NCBI GenBank assembly: GCA_003133625.1
Contig: PKYH01000027.1
Location: 15,266 to 66,084, forward strand
Direction: 5' to 3'
Source: Candidatus Bathyarchaeota archaeon
GTDB lineage: Archaea; Thermoproteota; Bathyarchaeia; Bathyarchaeales; Bathycorpusculaceae
DNA length: 50,819 nt
The position numbers and the translations under genes are program-made. Positions 27,170 to 37,399 of this stretch are shown in pieces (the stretch's first letter is position 1; each line of letters opens with the position of its first letter). The notes beneath the pieces were generated by a model that ran no database searches, was not told the DNA's origin, and was given only the letters and a program-made list of their open reading frames with translations.

Positions 27170-27628
27170 TTAATGGTTGTGTTTTTCTGAAACCCAATAT
27201 TCAGCTGCAGACCCCTTTGAATCAACTACGTGTTCTTTTTTGAAAACTGGTGCTTCGTTTTTGTATCTCTCTACAGCTTCCCGCAGGACTGGAAAAACAT
27301 CTGTTCGGTGAGAACCAGCAACTGCAACATAAACTAAATCGTCTCCAACGTTGAATTCGCCGAGTAAATGGTGGATTTGAACGTTAACTACTCCAGGTTT
27401 TTGGGATAAGTCATCGCATATTTTGCTGAGGACTTGGTTGGCTTTTTCTTCGTATGCTTCCAGTTTGAGCTTTTCGACTTTTTCTCCCTCTAAGGTTTCT
27501 CCTCTTACTACGCCGATAAAAAGTGCTATTGCGCCAGCTTTATGGTATTTGGCGTTATTTTTAATATTGTTTATGGCGTCTTGAACTGTGAAAGTTCCTT
27601 TTTCATGTATTCCTGCATTTGCCGACAA
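27170..27628 (-). CDS. moaE: molybdopterin synthase catalytic subunit
   Basis: GAIALFIGVVR, AGSHR, APVFKKE. Confidence 0.9.
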   Translation of the reverse strand: MSANAGIHEKGTFTVQDAINNIKNNAKYHKAGAIALFIGVVRGETLEGEKVEKLKLEAYEEKANQVLSKICDDLSQKPGVVNVQIHHLLGEFNVGDDLVYVAVAGSHRTDVFPVLREAVERYKNEAPVFKKEHVVDSKGSAAEYWVSEKHNH

Positions 27629-27725
27629 AACATGATGCTCCTTAGTTTTCAGTTTAAGAATTTTACTTTAGATTATCGTTTCTAAAGTATTTTGCCCTTA
27701 AGAAAAGGGTATGAAAATAAGTAAG

Positions 27726-28340
27726 TTATGCTTCAGCTTGGGCTTCTTGAATTGGCGCCTGCGGTTGCGCTATTAATTTGGATTTTCTTATGCCAACATG
27801 CCTTAGTGGTGCAACTTCTTTAGCTTGGTTGTAGATGTCTGAAGCGATTTTTCCAAGAACCATTTCTTGAACAAACTGGTCGAGTGATAATGCGTTGGCT
27901 TTTTCATGTACTATTTTTTCCATTATTTTGCGGATTATCTTTTCTTGTGATGTTTTTATTCTAGAAAGTGTCAGCGCTGAAACTGCAATTCTAAGCTTGA
28001 ATCCGTCTTTTGTAGTAAGGTTGATTAATGCATCAACTTTTGTTGTTCTTCTTCTAACTAAGCTTCGGAGGTAATCTCGTGAGTATTCATGACCCTTAAA
28101 GAGCGTTTTGGCTGTTTTTCCGTCAAGCTCGTTAACTTGGAAAAACATTTTCAAATAGTGATGAGAAAAGTCGCTTGTTATGTCATATAAGGTTGCTTCA
28201 ACAACTCTGCCGATGAGTTGTTCTGGTTCTTGCGCTGGTATGGAACCTAACTCAACGTTGCCAAAGAAGGACGGCGCAATCACCATGTACCATCCTTTTC
28301 CACGCCATTTATCTCGTACATGTTTTGTTTTTGAAGACAA
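27726..28340 (-). CDS. rps3ae: 30S ribosomal protein S3Ae (eS1)
   Basis: RDKW..K.WY, GRVVEATL, DYLRSLVRRRT. Confidence 0.95.
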   Translation of the reverse strand: MSSKTKHVRDKWRGKGWYMVIAPSFFGNVELGSIPAQEPEQLIGRVVEATLYDITSDFSHHYLKMFFQVNELDGKTAKTLFKGHEYSRDYLRSLVRRRTTKVDALINLTTKDGFKLRIAVSALTLSRIKTSQEKIIRKIMEKIVHEKANALSLDQFVQEMVLGKIASDIYNQAKEVAPLRHVGIRKSKLIAQPQAPIQEAQAEA

Positions 28341-28389
28341 ATTTATTTCTCCGAACGTGCCTCAACATTCTCAAGGAAATATTAAAAGG

Positions 28390-29679
28390 TTAGCGTTTTC
28401 TGTCTATTTTCTCGAGGTTACCCATGTATTTTCTTAAGGCTTTAGGTATGTTTATTGTGCCGTCTTGTTGTTGATTGTTTTCTAGTATGGCAACTATGGT
28501 TCTGCCTGTGGCTATGGCTGTCGAGTTTAATGTATGAACAAACCCTTTTGGCGGAGCCCCTTCTTTTTCACGGTAACGAATGCCTAAGCGTCTTGCTTGA
28601 TAATCGGTGCAGTTGCTGCATGAAACAACTTCGCGGTAACCGTTTTGCGCTGGCATCCAAGCTTCAATGTCGTATTTTTTTGCTGCTACGGTTCCAATGT
28701 CGCCTGTGCAAACGTTGACAACTCGGTGTGGCAATTCAAGCTTTTGAAGAAGTTCCTCGGCGTTCTGCAGTAGTTCCTCATGTAGCTTGGCTGAGTCTTC
28801 CGGCTTGCAAAAGATGAATTGTTCTACTTTGTTGAATTGGTGGGTACGGAATATTCCTCTTGTGTCTTTACCGTGTGCTCCAGCTTCTTTTCTAAAGCAA
28901 GTGCTTATTCCAGCGAGTTTTAGCGGCATGTCTTGTTCTTTTAAGACTTCGTTCATGAACATTGCAGCCATGGGGTGTTCGGAAGTGGCGATTAAGTATA
29001 GGTCTTCGTTTTCCGCTTTGTAGAGGACATCGGCGAAGTCGCCCAGTGCTGTTACGCCTTCGTATGCTTCACGCTTCATCAAGTATGGCGGTATGATTGG
29101 CGTGTAGCCTTTTTTTGTTAGTTCCTCAATTGCAAAGCTTATCAGTGCCATGTCTAATTGTGCGACTTGGTTTTTTAGGTAGAAGAATCTTGCGCCTGAT
29201 ATTTTTCCTGCTCTTTCGATGTCGATTTGGTCTAAATCTAAGGCTAAGTCGATGTGGTTTTTTATTGGAAAATTGAATTTTGGGATTGTTCCCCAAGTTT
29301 TTATTTGAACGTTGTCGTTAGCGTCTTTTCCGAGAGGAACACTTTCATCCAGCAGGTTTGGGAGTTGCATGAGGTAGTCGTGTGTTTTCTGTTCTTGCTC
29401 GGTTACCTGTTTTTCTAACAAAGTAATTTTTTCGTCGATGCCTTGCGCTCTTTCAACTTCGCTTGCGGCTTCCTTGCCCGCTTTTTTTAGTTTAGCGATT
29501 TCTATGGTTACCTGCTTTCGCTGATGACGCAGCTCATTTAGTTTAGTGAGATTCAATCGCCATTCCTTGTCAACAGCGATTAAATCCCCTAGCATTTGAA
29601 TGGCTTCAGGGATGCCACGCTTCGCCAAATTGTTCTTTACAAGTTCAGGGTTCTCACGAATAAGCTTGATATCTAACAT
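28390..29679 (-). CDS. serS: seryl-tRNA synthetase
   Basis: MLDIKLIRENP, LIATSEH, FRKEAG, HQFNKVEQF, SCSNCTDYQARR. Confidence 0.97.
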   Translation of the reverse strand: MLDIKLIRENPELVKNNLAKRGIPEAIQMLGDLIAVDKEWRLNLTKLNELRHQRKQVTIEIAKLKKAGKEAASEVERAQGIDEKITLLEKQVTEQEQKTHDYLMQLPNLLDESVPLGKDANDNVQIKTWGTIPKFNFPIKNHIDLALDLDQIDIERAGKISGARFFYLKNQVAQLDMALISFAIEELTKKGYTPIIPPYLMKREAYEGVTALGDFADVLYKAENEDLYLIATSEHPMAAMFMNEVLKEQDMPLKLAGISTCFRKEAGAHGKDTRGIFRTHQFNKVEQFIFCKPEDSAKLHEELLQNAEELLQKLELPHRVVNVCTGDIGTVAAKKYDIEAWMPAQNGYREVVSCSNCTDYQARRLGIRYREKEGAPPKGFVHTLNSTAIATGRTIVAILENNQQQDGTINIPKALRKYMGNLEKIDRKR

Positions 29680-29815
29680 TGCTCTCACACGGAGTAATTC
29701 TCTAACTAACAAAATCAGCTATTTAACCTTGCGATTGTTTGAATAACAATTGGTATTAAAAAATAAAAGAAAGTTTTGAAGTGGTTTCTTGCTATTGTTT
29801 TGCTCTGTTCCAGTT

Positions 29816-30103
29816 TTACTTTTTGCTTAGCGTTATCTCCATCGTTGAAACCATTCTGGACTTATTCTCTCCCTCACGTGGTGGCATCTCTGCTGTTCCA
29901 ATAGCGATATTGCTAACTTTAAGGTCTTTGACGAACCGGTTTCTTGTTATTTCAGCGGCGTCAACAGCGGTGGTTATGGCTTGGCCTCTTGCTTTCAAAG
30001 TGATTTCTTTTAGGGTTCCTGAGGAGAGGCTTGTTATGATTGCCAGAACATAGCTCATGGGGGGTTTGTTTCCGACGAAGATAACATCTGCGTTTTGAGT
30101 CAT
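29816..30103 (-). CDS. albA: DNA/RNA-binding protein Alba
   Basis: FVGNKPPMSYVLA, KARGQAITTAVD. Confidence 0.95.
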   Translation of the reverse strand: MTQNADVIFVGNKPPMSYVLAIITSLSSGTLKEITLKARGQAITTAVDAAEITRNRFVKDLKVSNIAIGTAEMPPREGENKSRMVSTMEITLSKK

Positions 30104-30341
30104 TTTCTTTTACTCCTTTTTAGTTGTTTGCTTTGTGTAACGTTGCTGTTACTAGCATTTGCCTTGTAACGGAACGTTACTGCCCAATTAATACTATTTC
30201 TTCCTAATAAGTCCATTGAAAACCGCCGGTAACAAGGCTAAAGAATAAACCGTCCATCTGTTTCTGCAAGCGGGTTAACGGGAAAGGCTTTTCTACAGCC
30301 AATCTATAATGAGCTTTAACAATTCCGAGCAGAGAGTTAAC

Positions 30342-30947
30342 TTGCTTACTAAACTAAAGAAAAAAGTTCAACAAATGCTAACTTCCCAAGCAAGAGCCGC
30401 ACACAAAATAGGCTTAACTCCAAACAAAATAAGCATCATAGGGTTCATTCTTGCATTATCGTCAGCTGCAGTATACGCGTTTACTCCCAATCAACCCTCA
30501 TGGCTTCTTCTCCTAGCAACGTTTTTCCTTTTAGCCTCAGGATTCTGCGACACATTGGACGGAATTATAGCTAGAAACTATCAGCAAGCAACCGTACTTG
30601 GCGGCTTCCTGGATTCTCTGCTTGACAGGTACGCGGACGCATCCGTATACGCAGGAATAATAATCGCTGGATTGTGCAATCCATTTTGGGGATTAGCGGC
30701 TTTAGCAGGTTCCGTGCTGGTAAGTTACAGTCGAGCAAGAGGTGAAGCAGCAGGAATAAAAATGGAATCTGTAGGTTTGGCAGAAAGAGCCGAACGCATG
30801 CTTATCCTAGCCGCCGCCAGCATAATCGCGTTCTTTTGGCTTCCCGCGTTAAATTACGGAATAATCGTATTAGCGGTGCTTTCTAACCTTACAGTTATAC
30901 AAAGAGCACTTCACGTTTACAAAGAATTAAAGAAAAAAATAGTGTAG
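30342..30947 (+). CDS. CDP-alcohol phosphatidyltransferase (archaetidylinositol-phosphate synthase-like)
   Basis: TPN, DTLDGIIAR...GGFLDSLLDRYAD, SYSRAR; start may be at 30309. Confidence 0.9.
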   Translation: MLTKLKKKVQQMLTSQARAAHKIGLTPNKISIIGFILALSSAAVYAFTPNQPSWLLLLATFFLLASGFCDTLDGIIARNYQQATVLGGFLDSLLDRYADASVYAGIIIAGLCNPFWGLAALAGSVLVSYSRARGEAAGIKMESVGLAERAERMLILAAASIIAFFWLPALNYGIIVLAVLSNLTVIQRALHVYKELKKKIV

Positions 30948-30951
30948 CCGC

Positions 30952-31242
30952 TTAGTATCTTCTTCGAGACCGTGAGTGGCGCTCGTTTTCAGCTCTGACT
31001 TTAACGATACCACGGTGCACGGCACATGAGATACAGTAATATTTAGTGTCCACCCAAGAGGCTAAGTACGTGCCTTTTTGCCTAAGCTCCTTAGCTAATT
31101 GCGGCTCAACAAATGAAACACGGCGAGTGTTTCTCTTTGCTTTATCCCGCGGCACCATTGCCCCACAGTTAGCGCATTGAACAAGGCTGCTACTGCCTTT
31201 GCTTCCTTTCGATCTTCCTCGGCTCTTTCGCTTAACGGGCAA
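30952..31242 (-). CDS. rps26e: 30S ribosomal protein S26e (eS26)
   Basis: KRKSRGR, VQCANCG..VPRDKA, YCISCAVH. Confidence 0.95.
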   Translation of the reverse strand: MPVKRKSRGRSKGSKGSSSLVQCANCGAMVPRDKAKRNTRRVSFVEPQLAKELRQKGTYLASWVDTKYYCISCAVHRGIVKVRAENERHSRSRRRY

Positions 31243-31292
31243 TTATTTTAACCTCTTTTTCTCCTTATCTCCCAAATATGGAATAAACTTTC

Positions 31293-32201
31293 TTATATAT
31301 CTGCTCGTAACTTTAAGAGAGAAGCAATGTTTGCTTTCAAATTTATTTGAGGGATAATTTTTCCATCAGGCGACGTCATCAAAGTTGTAACTCCAGGCCC
31401 ATGTCCTGCCGTAACACAATTCGTATGGACTACTACGCCGACTGAAACAGCGCCTTGACGGTAAATTCTGCCAAACGAGTGGTCCGCATCAATAATAGCC
31501 ACTAAATCGCCAAGCCTCAAGCTTTCCAGTCCATACTGCTCAACGACTGCTTCATCGAACAATTGAATATCGTAATCCCCCGAATTAACCTGATTAGAAC
31601 CTAAACCTGAACCCATAATAGCCGCTGGAACAATATGCGTAACAGGCACCTCCAATTTATCACCTTTCGGTTTGGGATTCCACGCCTCAAGCAACATCGG
31701 ATCCATATTCAAGACTTTAATTTCTGGGAAATCAACCAGTTTTAAGCCTACGCCGAAAGCTTTCACAAGAATCCTATCTCCAAGCACAAGCTTCTCCAAA
31801 GCTTCCGCGGGAAAATCAACCAACACATGCTCGATTCCACCGTGCTTGCCAGTGACAGTTCCCTTAGCACCCTTCGCGTCACCATTCACTACTGTTGCTT
31901 CGTTTCCAACGCATGATAGCACGTTGAATGCTGTGTTAGCAGCCTGCCCTGAGCGGGCATCGTTTTCCTTGTTTTCCACGCTAACGCCTGGCTCCACATG
32001 GTCAGCTTCCCACCCGCATGCTGGATCGCCTACTCTTAGATTATAGGTTATGCCGCCTACTCCCGGAAGCACTAACGGTTTTCCTGTTGCCGAAACGTTG
32101 TAGACTGACCTGATTGTTGGACTGGCTATTTCACCCATGACCGATATTTTTATGAGTTTTTCAGCGTTTGTTCGAAACATAAGGTATTCCTCATTGGGCA
32201 T
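31293..32201 (-). CDS. DUF4438 family protein
   Basis: PGVGGITYN, DHVEPGVS, GKHGGIEH, GSGLG, GDYDI, GHGPG. Confidence 0.8.
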   Translation of the reverse strand: MPNEEYLMFRTNAEKLIKISVMGEIASPTIRSVYNVSATGKPLVLPGVGGITYNLRVGDPACGWEADHVEPGVSVENKENDARSGQAANTAFNVLSCVGNEATVVNGDAKGAKGTVTGKHGGIEHVLVDFPAEALEKLVLGDRILVKAFGVGLKLVDFPEIKVLNMDPMLLEAWNPKPKGDKLEVPVTHIVPAAIMGSGLGSNQVNSGDYDIQLFDEAVVEQYGLESLRLGDLVAIIDADHSFGRIYRQGAVSVGVVVHTNCVTAGHGPGVTTLMTSPDGKIIPQINLKANIASLLKLRADI

Positions 32202-32333
32202 TGTGTCCTATCCGCAAGGAGTCTAATAAAACTTCATAGAATGCCTTTCCATTTAAGCAAATCTTAAATTATGCGTTTCTTTATTGTTGCAGTGAAGCTA
32301 AGCCTATCTAAATTGTTGGAAGTGAAATTTAGG

Positions 32334-32912
32334 ATGTCTGAAATTGGATTGAGAACAAGAATGCTGGTAAAAGACGTGATGAGCAGCCCAGTTGTAACCA
32401 TGAATGAAGATGAAACTTCAAACAAAGCAGCCGTTGTTATGGATAAGAACGATTTAGGCTGCGTAATAGTCACGAATAAAGCTGGAAAATCAATAGGCAT
32501 TATTACCGAGCGAGACTTGGTGATTAGGGTTTTAGCTAAAAACCTCAAGCCTGATACAGTTAATACCAAAGAAATCATGACAACCCCATTGGTAACAATT
32601 GAACCTGACGCAACAATAAGTGAAGCAGCTCGAAGAATGAACAGGCTGGACATTAGACGGCTCGGCGTGATTTACAAAGGCAACCTCGTCGGAATAATCT
32701 CAAGCAAAGACATCCTAGGCGTAATGCCTGAACTAATAGAGATAATGCAGGAAAAGTCACGCATCGAAGGCGCTGCCCGCACTGAAGAAACTGAAGAGGT
32801 TCCTCTCTCTGGATACTGCGACCGCTGCAACATGTACTCTGAAAACTTGAAGGAACGAAACGGACAAAACATCTGTGACGAATGCCGAATAGAACTAGAA
32901 CAAGAAAAATAA
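32334..32912 (+). CDS. CBS-domain protein with C-terminal zinc-binding motif
   Basis: VKDVMS, GIITERD, GIISSKD; GYCDRC...ICDEC. Confidence 0.9.
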   Translation: MSEIGLRTRMLVKDVMSSPVVTMNEDETSNKAAVVMDKNDLGCVIVTNKAGKSIGIITERDLVIRVLAKNLKPDTVNTKEIMTTPLVTIEPDATISEAARRMNRLDIRRLGVIYKGNLVGIISSKDILGVMPELIEIMQEKSRIEGAARTEETEEVPLSGYCDRCNMYSENLKERNGQNICDECRIELEQEK

Positions 32913-32934
32913 TATTTTCTTTTTTGCTTATCTT

Positions 32935-33237
32935 CTATAAATCGATAAACACGAAATTTTCTCTTTCCTCAACTGAATAAGTTTTAAGTGGCTTTTCCGC
33001 TGGTCCCCTAAGCGCCACGCCATTGGTTATGTTGAATTGGGAGTAGTGCCATGGGCAGGTGAGAACTTCCTCGTTTAATGTGCTTTCTGCAAGCGGCGCC
33101 CCTGCATGGGTGCATCTTGCATCTAAGCAAAAGATTTTGTCGCCAACATTAACAGCAATAACTTCGTGTCCTTTAACTTTGAATGCCTTTGGTTCTCCAA
33201 CCGTTAGAGTATTCTTATCGCACAATTTCACAAACAT
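32935..33237 (-). CDS. Rieske-type [2Fe-2S] ferredoxin
   Basis: CTH...CPWH. Confidence 0.92.
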   Translation of the reverse strand: MFVKLCDKNTLTVGEPKAFKVKGHEVIAVNVGDKIFCLDARCTHAGAPLAESTLNEEVLTCPWHYSQFNITNGVALRGPAEKPLKTYSVEERENFVFIDL

Positions 33238-33256
33238 AACTTTACACGACCAATCG

Positions 33257-35212
33257 TTAGGTTGAGATGTTAGCTGTTATTTCCTGATATTTACTTATGT
33301 ACTCGCACACTGCAATAACGAATTCGGCGTGGCTCCAAAGCAGGGGCGTCGCGGATATTGGTGTACCGGAATAAGGGTCAAGTTGCTCGGCTAATGCTCC
33401 CGAAGGCAACGCATTCTTGGCTGCCCATTTGAGAAGTTCCATTGAACGCGACAATTCATCCAATGAAGAGGCTACGGCAATATGCCATCTCGCGAGCCTA
33501 AGTGTGGAAATAAACCAAGGATTACCCGGAGTATCAAGAGACACTCTCCTGTACTGGTCGTTTTGGTACCGTGCGAGTCCTCCAACTTCGGTTTTAACCC
33601 AAAGCGCCTTGGCTAAAGTATCCATTGTGCTCTTGACCATGTTATCTTTGGCATCTAAGACTCCGTATGCAAAAACCGTTGAAACGCTACTGTCAATCGT
33701 TGTATCCTTCTCTCCGTTAGGGTAAATGCCTTTGATGAACCGTTTCAACTCTGGGTCATACAAGCGTTTTATCATGGCGTCCTTGATTTTAGCTGATGCT
33801 TCACCTAGAACTTCCTGCCTGTTGCTGTCATAAAATACCTTAGCGAACTTGGCTGCTGCATCCAGAGCAGCAACAACTGACGCTACAGTCGAGGTGAACA
33901 CGCCGACTTTTTCTTCCCACTCATCAAACGTTGGCTTAGGTAACAGGGTGGCGGGGTCTCTGTAGTTCATCATGAAGTCGGCAGCTTTTACCACAAGCTT
34001 GTCATAAACTTTAGTGACGAACTCTAAATTGCCATCCTTCTCATAATACTTCCAAAGCGCATACAGCACACTTGCCGTCTCATCCTCCTGAATAGGCAAT
34101 TGCAACCGACCTGCGGAATCTACGAGTGCATGCCAAGTACTTCCCAGCGAGCCATCTGGCAGATACTTATGCCTGAAAAATCCATCTTCCCCTATGACTT
34201 GATTGCAGAACCCAAAAAACATGGCTGCTACGTCAGTAAATCCTGCGTTAGTAAAAGCTAAAGCCGCCATTGCGCCATCGCGGGGCCAAATGTACGAGTA
34301 GGTATCCCTTTGAATTCCCATTATGTCTGAATCAAGCGATGCAAGAAAGCCGCCGTGACTATCAACATGTGCTCGCATAAGAAGCAGTGACCGTTTAAAG
34401 AGGCGAGCCACTTCGTGGGGCAAAAGGTTTAGGTCTATTTTTAATCTGCTAAGCCATGCGCTCCAATAGTTTTCCACTTCAAGAAGCATTTGTTCAACAC
34501 CTGTTTGTTTGACTTCTGAATCTAAAGCTGTGACTTGGGTTAAGCTGTTTCCGCAGGCAATCCAATAATGAATCACTCCATAGCCGTTAGGCGGAATTTC
34601 CAGCTTGAATGAGACAGCGGAATCTACTGCTCCTTGGGCAACAGGGTTGGCACTTAATTGCCCGTCTTCCGCGTCGCGCCAAGTGCCTTCTCTGCCTTCA
34701 ACCTCTTTGTGTCCAACTGCATACTGGTAGAATCCTTTGCCGCCAGTGGTTCCGCCCACCAGAAAATAGCGTTTCCCCTTATAGTGTACAATCGCGCTTA
34801 GGTTGGGTTCAAAAAACGCTGTATCTCCAGCTTCATAACCGTAAATGTGGAAATCTTGTGTGAAAAACAAGCGGACTTCTCGTTCATCATCTGATTCGTT
34901 TGAAACTTTTATCTTGCGCAAGAACACATCTTTGCCATTATGGACTGCGTCGTTGACTTCCATTTTGATGCCATACAGTTCCTTTTTCATGATATATCTA
35001 GTTGTGAGGGTTTCAGGCAAATAACTCATCACTATATCCCACTCTTTATCTAACCATTCAAATTTGCCGTCAACCCAAATGCCGAACCTGAACTGGTGAC
35101 CAACCGCGTGATTTTCAAGCCCAATGTAAGGAAAATAAACGTCTCTGATTCTGGCTTTGTCATCGAGGGCTATAGCAAACCGTCCATTACTTACCAAAAC
35201 TTGCCTAGGCAA
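33257..35212 (-). CDS. glycoside hydrolase family 15 (glucoamylase-like)
   Basis: YIWPRDG, QEDET, DEWEE, GGLARY, LAEQ, PLLWSHA. Confidence 0.9.
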   Translation of the reverse strand: MPRQVLVSNGRFAIALDDKARIRDVYFPYIGLENHAVGHQFRFGIWVDGKFEWLDKEWDIVMSYLPETLTTRYIMKKELYGIKMEVNDAVHNGKDVFLRKIKVSNESDDEREVRLFFTQDFHIYGYEAGDTAFFEPNLSAIVHYKGKRYFLVGGTTGGKGFYQYAVGHKEVEGREGTWRDAEDGQLSANPVAQGAVDSAVSFKLEIPPNGYGVIHYWIACGNSLTQVTALDSEVKQTGVEQMLLEVENYWSAWLSRLKIDLNLLPHEVARLFKRSLLLMRAHVDSHGGFLASLDSDIMGIQRDTYSYIWPRDGAMAALAFTNAGFTDVAAMFFGFCNQVIGEDGFFRHKYLPDGSLGSTWHALVDSAGRLQLPIQEDETASVLYALWKYYEKDGNLEFVTKVYDKLVVKAADFMMNYRDPATLLPKPTFDEWEEKVGVFTSTVASVVAALDAAAKFAKVFYDSNRQEVLGEASAKIKDAMIKRLYDPELKRFIKGIYPNGEKDTTIDSSVSTVFAYGVLDAKDNMVKSTMDTLAKALWVKTEVGGLARYQNDQYRRVSLDTPGNPWFISTLRLARWHIAVASSLDELSRSMELLKWAAKNALPSGALAEQLDPYSGTPISATPLLWSHAEFVIAVCEYISKYQEITANIST

Positions 35213-35321
35213 TAAAATCCGCTTCTAAAAACATTTAATCCTAATATAGTCATTGCATTCCACCATAAATAAACTTTAATTAAGCAAATCACTCGCTATT
35301 CACTATAGATTGTGAACTGAC

Positions 35322-36668
35322 TTGATTGTTGATTCTGTCCTCACAAACGCCAAAGCCTACATAAACGGGCAAATAGTCGATTGTAGCCTCGCCCTTGAAG
35401 AAGGCAAAATTTTCAAAATCGGCAAAGAAACCCAAATGCCAAATGCAGACCAAAAAACTAACCTAAAAAGCCTCCTAGTCCTGCCAGGCTTGATAGATGA
35501 GCATGTTCACTTGCGGGATGAGGGAAAAGCGTACAAAGAAGACTTCCAAACAGGAACCGCCGCTGCAGCCGCTGGGGGCTTCACCACCGTCTTGGACATG
35601 CCTAACAACGAGCCAGTTACAATGAGCATGGAAACTTTAAGGAACCGCATGAGAATTGCCGAAAGAAAAGTTCTCGTAAACGTTGGGTTCTACTCTGAAT
35701 TTCCAAAAAAATTGGCTGAAGTCAAAGACATCGTTTCCGAAGGGGCAGTAGGGTTCAAGCTTTTCATGGGTTGCCAAATTGGCGGATTGAACGTTGATGA
35801 TGACGAAGCCTTGCAGGATGCGTTCAAAGAGGTCGCCGAGTTGAATGTGCCAGTGGCGGTGCACGCCGAAGACAAGGCGTTATTGGTAGCTAACGAGGAA
35901 AAACTAAAACAAGCCAAAAAAAGTAACACCGCCGCCTTCCTAAAGGCGCATTCAGAAACAGTTGAACTAAAAGCCATTGAACGCCTACTAAAAATAAGTG
36001 CACCAACTAGTGTACGGTTGCATTTTTGCCATGTCTCAACTGAAGAGGGCTTAAACGCGATTTTAGAAGCTAAAAAATCAGGCAGAAAAGTAACATGCGA
36101 AGTTACCCCTAACCACCTATTGCTGTCACGTGATGATTTGGAACATTACGGGCAATTACTGATTATGGCGCCCCCGCTTCGCAACAAAAATCACATTGAA
36201 GCGTTATGGAAAGGCTTAGAAGCGGGTTGGGTTGATGCTTTAGGCTCAGACCATGCACCGCATGCTTTAAGTGAGAAGTTTGCAAGCAGCGTTTGGGATG
36301 TTAAAGTCGGCGTGCCAGGTCTAGAAACTACTTTACCTCTTATTTTGACGCTTGTAAAGAAGAATCGGTTATCCTTGGCCCAAGCGGTTCACCTTCTCGC
36401 AGAGAAACCAGCAGAAATTTACGGTTTGAATAATCGCGGTCGCTTGGAACAGGGAAAGAACGCAGATTTAACGGTGGTAGATTTTAACCATAAATTCAAA
36501 ATTGATGCTTCAAAATTCAAGTCCAAAGCAAAATATTCGCCCTACGATGGGTGGAACGTTCAGGGTAAACCAGTAAAAACCTTCGTTAACGGATTATTAG
36601 TTTTTGATGAAGGAGAAATAGTTGCTAAAGCGGGCAACGGCTCAATTGTTCGGAGAGGCAAAGCGTGA
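35322..36668 (+). CDS. pyrC: dihydroorotase
   Basis: PGLIDEHVHLRD, DMPN, VHAED, CEVTPNHL, SDHAPH. Confidence 0.85.
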   Translation: MIVDSVLTNAKAYINGQIVDCSLALEEGKIFKIGKETQMPNADQKTNLKSLLVLPGLIDEHVHLRDEGKAYKEDFQTGTAAAAAGGFTTVLDMPNNEPVTMSMETLRNRMRIAERKVLVNVGFYSEFPKKLAEVKDIVSEGAVGFKLFMGCQIGGLNVDDDEALQDAFKEVAELNVPVAVHAEDKALLVANEEKLKQAKKSNTAAFLKAHSETVELKAIERLLKISAPTSVRLHFCHVSTEEGLNAILEAKKSGRKVTCEVTPNHLLLSRDDLEHYGQLLIMAPPLRNKNHIEALWKGLEAGWVDALGSDHAPHALSEKFASSVWDVKVGVPGLETTLPLILTLVKKNRLSLAQAVHLLAEKPAEIYGLNNRGRLEQGKNADLTVVDFNHKFKIDASKFKSKAKYSPYDGWNVQGKPVKTFVNGLLVFDEGEIVAKAGNGSIVRRGKA

Positions 36669-37150
36669 AGTTCCTAGCGGATGGTATGCTGGGAAAACTG
36701 ACACGTTGGCTACGCATGTTAGGACAAGACGTCATGTACTCCGTCCAGCTAAGTGATTCTGAACTTCTTGAACTAGCAAAAAAGGAAAACCGCGTTTTGT
36801 TAACTAAAGATTTGGAGCTCTACCAACGCGCCATCGCCAAGGGCGTAGACGCTTTCTACCTTGAAGGCAAGAAGGAATCTGAACGGCTGGCGGAACTTGG
36901 CAAGCGATATGGCTTAACGTTAGCGATAGATATGGAAAAGTCCCATTGCCCAATATGCAACACTAAACTTAAGGCAACGCCAAAAGAGCTGCTTTCAGGC
37001 GAATTAGAGAAAAATACATTCATTTATTATGATAAGTTTTGGAAGTGTCCAAATTGCGGTCAAGTCTATTGGCAAGGAGCGCACTGGAAGCAAATCAGCA
37101 ATATAATTAACGAAGCGCAAGCAAAATTGGAAAAATTAAAAGAAAATTGA
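36665..37150 (+). CDS. Mut7-C/DUF82 PIN-like RNase domain protein
   Basis: FLADGMLGKLTRWLRMLG, CPICN, CPNCGQVYWQGAHW. Confidence 0.9.
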   Translation: MKFLADGMLGKLTRWLRMLGQDVMYSVQLSDSELLELAKKENRVLLTKDLELYQRAIAKGVDAFYLEGKKESERLAELGKRYGLTLAIDMEKSHCPICNTKLKATPKELLSGELEKNTFIYYDKFWKCPNCGQVYWQGAHWKQISNIINEAQAKLEKLKEN

Positions 37151-37153
37151 AGC

Positions 37154-37396
37154 TTAAATCAGCCATTTTAATGGAATATCTTGGAAGGTTCCATCTGGCA
37201 GGGTCCTTCTGATAGTTATCGGTAGTATTCCAGCCTCAAGTTCTTTTAGAGCGATGGCAATCGGGTTTGTATTTTCACTAGCATCCACCAAAATCGGTGC
37301 TCCCATCGAGATTTGAAGCGCTCTAGCTCCAACTATTCTTGCTTTCTCGAAGCGAGTAATTTTTGGTGGTCCTACAGTTATTTTTTGTTCTGACGT
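37154..37396 (-). CDS. rpoK: DNA-directed RNA polymerase subunit K (Rpo6), non-canonical start
   Basis: Manual translation (T)[33 protein letters not shown]...[13 protein letters not shown]; missed by ORF track. Confidence 0.93.
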   Translation of the reverse strand, partial: TSEQKITVGPPKITRFEKARIVGARALQISMGAPILVDASENTNPIAIALKELEAGILPITIRRTLPDGTFQDIPLKWLI

Positions 37397-37399
37397 ATT

